This document shows, in pieces, positions 61,488-64,000 of a stretch of DNA of 64,000 bases. Each line of letters opens with the position of its first letter. The first letter of the stretch is position 1. Source of the stretch: Sulfolobales archaeon HS-7 (GTDB taxonomy: Archaea; Thermoproteota; Thermoprotei_A; Sulfolobales; Sulfolobaceae); contig AP024596.1 of assembly GCA_019704295.1 (NCBI GenBank), positions 1,600,001 through 1,664,000 of the forward strand, written 5' to 3'. The notes below the pieces were generated by a model. The model searched no databases and was not told where the DNA came from. It was given only the letters and a program-made list of their open reading frames with translations. The position numbers and the translations under genes are program-made.

Positions 61488-62252
61488 ATGGAAACTATTG
61501 AACTAGAAGAAAGGGGAAAAATAACCATAATTTACTTGAACAGGCCTGAGAAAAGGAACGCAATAAACATTAAGATGGCTGAGGAGATCGCCTCTGTCTT
61601 AACGGAACTTAATGATAATAGTAACGTTAGAGTGGTAATAATCACGGGTAAAGGGGGATCCTTCTCCGCAGGTGCCGATGTGAAGGAAATGTATGAAACG
61701 CAAGTAGAGGAAATTGTGAGAAAAGGTCATATGCCACTATGGAACGCGTTAAGGAGGTTCCGAAAACCAGTGATAGCTGTAATTAATGGAGTTGCAGCTG
61801 GTGGCGGCCTTGAGTTGGCTATGGCTTGTGATATAATTATAGCAGAAAAGGGAACCAAATTAGGTCAACCAGAGATAAATCTCGGTATAATTCCGGGGGC
61901 TGGAGGAACTCAAAGACTGACCCGGACAATAGGCAAATACAAAGCAATGAAATTGGTTTTGACCGGTGAGTTAATAACCGCGGAGGAGGCCGAAAGAATG
62001 GGACTAATAACGGCTTTAACGGAACCGGGTAAAGGTTTAGAAGAAGCAATCAAGTTAGCCCAGGAAATTACAAAAAGACCCAGCTTCGCAGTAGAACTAG
62101 CTAAGGAAAGTGTATCTAAAGCTACTGAAACCAATCTGGAACAGGGACTGGATATAGAGAGAAGGAACTTCTACCTTACACTGACAACTGACGAAGGAAA
62201 GGAGGGAATGAAGGCATTCATAGAAAAGAGGAAGCCCTCATGGATGAAATAG
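61488..62252 (+). CDS. Enoyl-CoA hydratase/isomerase
   Basis: LNRPEKRNA, FSAGAD, GGGLELAMACD and PEINLGIIPGAGGTQRL motifs. Confidence 0.93.
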   Translation: METIELEERGKITIIYLNRPEKRNAINIKMAEEIASVLTELNDNSNVRVVIITGKGGSFSAGADVKEMYETQVEEIVRKGHMPLWNALRRFRKPVIAVINGVAAGGGLELAMACDIIIAEKGTKLGQPEINLGIIPGAGGTQRLTRTIGKYKAMKLVLTGELITAEEAERMGLITALTEPGKGLEEAIKLAQEITKRPSFAVELAKESVSKATETNLEQGLDIERRNFYLTLTTDEGKEGMKAFIEKRKPSWMK

Positions 62253-62452
62253 GGGGTCAACGTTTTCCATCTTACCTAAAATCACGTTTTTAACTTTACG
62301 GTATTATAATTCCTAAGACTTTAAAGGGCATCAACACCCTCTCATGTGGAAGATTTTCATTTAATTTCAGATATAAGGTGGCCCCAAGCTATAAGTAAGT
62401 GTGAATAACGTTATCGTCAGTTAGCTAAAGTTCAGAAATGCGCTGTTTCATG

Positions 62453-62998
62453 TTATTCCCTTCTAATGAATCTGAGGAGATAAATAACGCTGGTTATGGT
62501 ATATCCTACTAGAGCTGTGACAACCCCAATGAGATAGAAAAGAACGGTAGGAGCTATTTGGGAGTTAAATAGGACTATTATTTCGATTAACAGAGCAGGA
62601 AAAGCCAATACGAAAAAAAGGATCATGATACCTCTCAACCTCTCTTGAAGAACGTCGAGTTCGAATAGTCTCTTAGCTGTCTTTAGCAGACTTTCTATTT
62701 CTCCAACGATATCCTTTATTCTGTAAGAAAGGTTCTCCGATGCGAGCTCTACCTTTTTTTGTCCGGACTCCCCGCTAATCTTGTAATAAGTAATGATTTC
62801 CTCCAGGAAGCTCGCAGTCTCGCTATCCGTGAAAAAGTTAGAAGCCTCCCTGAGGAAAATGGCCATGCTCTGGGCTTTTTTCCTTAGTAAGCGTTCTCTA
62901 AATTGACTTTTTAATACAACGTAAATGAAGATTGTAAATACGACAAAGGATATGGTCGTAAGAACAGTTACGAATAGCAACACTAAATAAACTTGCAC
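62453..62998 (-). CDS. Hypothetical membrane protein (3 TM)
   Basis: 181 aa; one N-terminal and two C-terminal hydrophobic helices. Confidence 0.65.
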   Translation of the reverse strand: MQVYLVLLFVTVLTTISFVVFTIFIYVVLKSQFRERLLRKKAQSMAIFLREASNFFTDSETASFLEEIITYYKISGESGQKKVELASENLSYRIKDIVGEIESLLKTAKRLFELDVLQERLRGIMILFFVLAFPALLIEIIVLFNSQIAPTVLFYLIGVVTALVGYTITSVIYLLRFIRRE

Positions 62999-63078
62999 AA
63001 GAGTTAAGGAGCCTCGTTATTATTAAATAGTCAAGTATTGGCTGTGGTTCTTTCTCTATAATTGGAACCAACCAGCGT

Positions 63079-63999
63079 TTACTTACAAAGGTCGGTATTA
63101 GGAATAGGGATCCTATTGATCTTCCTTCCGATAAGCTTCTCGGCTAAGACGAATGCCGCTGCCATTGCTCCTATAGTTCCGCTTTCCCCTACCCCTCTAG
63201 CTCCATGTGGAAGCTTTGAAGGGTACTCTACTATCTGGGTAGTCACCCTGAAGTTAGCCATAACAGCATCGAACACTCCAGCGTCAGATATAGATGAGAA
63301 CAAAGGTATTCCTTCTTTACCGTATTTTGCCTCTTCTGAGATAACTTCCCCTATTCCCTGAACGACTCCCCCGTAGATTTGCGAAGATATGTCATCTGGG
63401 TTATAAGCCTTTCCCACATCGTCTACCGCATAAATCTCATCGATAACTAATCTACATTCCTCCTCGTTAAGTTTACCCGAAATCACATATGCGCCTGGGG
63501 CGAATATTGCGTCAGACTTAAAGAAAACATCCACCTCAATGGGACCCTCCCTTTTATATGCTTCAAATAAGTTATCTCCAGTTCTTTTCTTCAGCTCCAG
63601 CAGGGCCTGCATTAGTGAGGCCCCTCCAGCTGTAATACTCCTACTTCCAAATGTACCTATTGCTTCCTTCAGATCAGGAGTGTCGGCGAATTTCAATTTT
63701 ATTTCTCTCTTATCTATTCCAAGAACAGTTGAGGCTAAGTTAAGAAATGCCCCCTCATGGTCCTGACCGTGAGGCCTAGTACCCATAATGATCTCTACAC
63801 CTTCACTTGTTAACCTCACCTTGGCGGATTCGCCAGGGGGAGAGGCTATCAGAGCTGAAAAGGTGACTAAGGCAGCCTTTTTCCTATTCCTCTGCATCTC
63901 CCTATATTTCTTTTCCGCAAGTTCGAAGACCCTTTGATAGCCAGCTTCATCGATTCTAAGACCTAGTGGAGTTGTGTACTCCCCCTTTATTAGGTTCTT
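63079..63999 (-). CDS. Xanthine/CO dehydrogenase-family molybdopterin-binding large subunit, 3' part (truncated by the window)
   Basis: HGQ, GTFGSRS, DDVG, QIYGG..QGIG and RGVGESG motifs; frame open to the window end. Confidence 0.9.
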   Translation of the reverse strand, partial: KNLIKGEYTTPLGLRIDEAGYQRVFELAEKKYREMQRNRKKAALVTFSALIASPPGESAKVRLTSEGVEIIMGTRPHGQDHEGAFLNLASTVLGIDKREIKLKFADTPDLKEAIGTFGSRSITAGGASLMQALLELKKRTGDNLFEAYKREGPIEVDVFFKSDAIFAPGAYVISGKLNEEECRLVIDEIYAVDDVGKAYNPDDISSQIYGGVVQGIGEVISEEAKYGKEGIPLFSSISDAGVFDAVMANFRVTTQIVEYPSKLPHGARGVGESGTIGAMAAAFVLAEKLIGRKINRIPIPNTDLCK

Positions 64000-64000
64000 C

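Noticed and set aside
1506-63766. Numerous short ORFs antisense to or nested in long genes in the ORF track
   Set aside because: No motifs; explained as shadow frames of well-supported CDSs

Overview
AT-rich archaeal chromosomal DNA, very likely Sulfolobales, based on SegAB, Sso10a-like, DpsL, thermopsin and Sulfolobus-type IS200/IS605 elements. From left to right it contains: a type IV pilus locus (ATPase and membrane platform divergent from three class III signal-peptide pilins); a glycosyltransferase/nucleotide-sugar region with two decayed genes; the dpsL-Rieske-NRAMP operon; a 1300-aa surface protein with a pilin-like N-terminus; a HEXXH protein/wHTH pair and an Sso10a-like gene next to segAB; decayed vapBC; transport and surface-protein genes; an acyl-CoA catabolism/ETF-Fix cluster; and a full tnpA-tnpB IS element inside a radical SAM gene. 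The most striking signal is in segB. Its coding sequence carries 13 perfect 36-bp repeats, and each contains the same 10-bp motif (GTCTAGAGTC) that abuts the segA start codon. This suggests a centromere-like array embedded in the gene for its own binding protein. A second unexplained signal is a diverged ~160-bp intergenic repeat present in at least five copies. No rRNA, tRNA or CRISPR array was recognised. All family assignments are from motif recognition by eye, not database searches.
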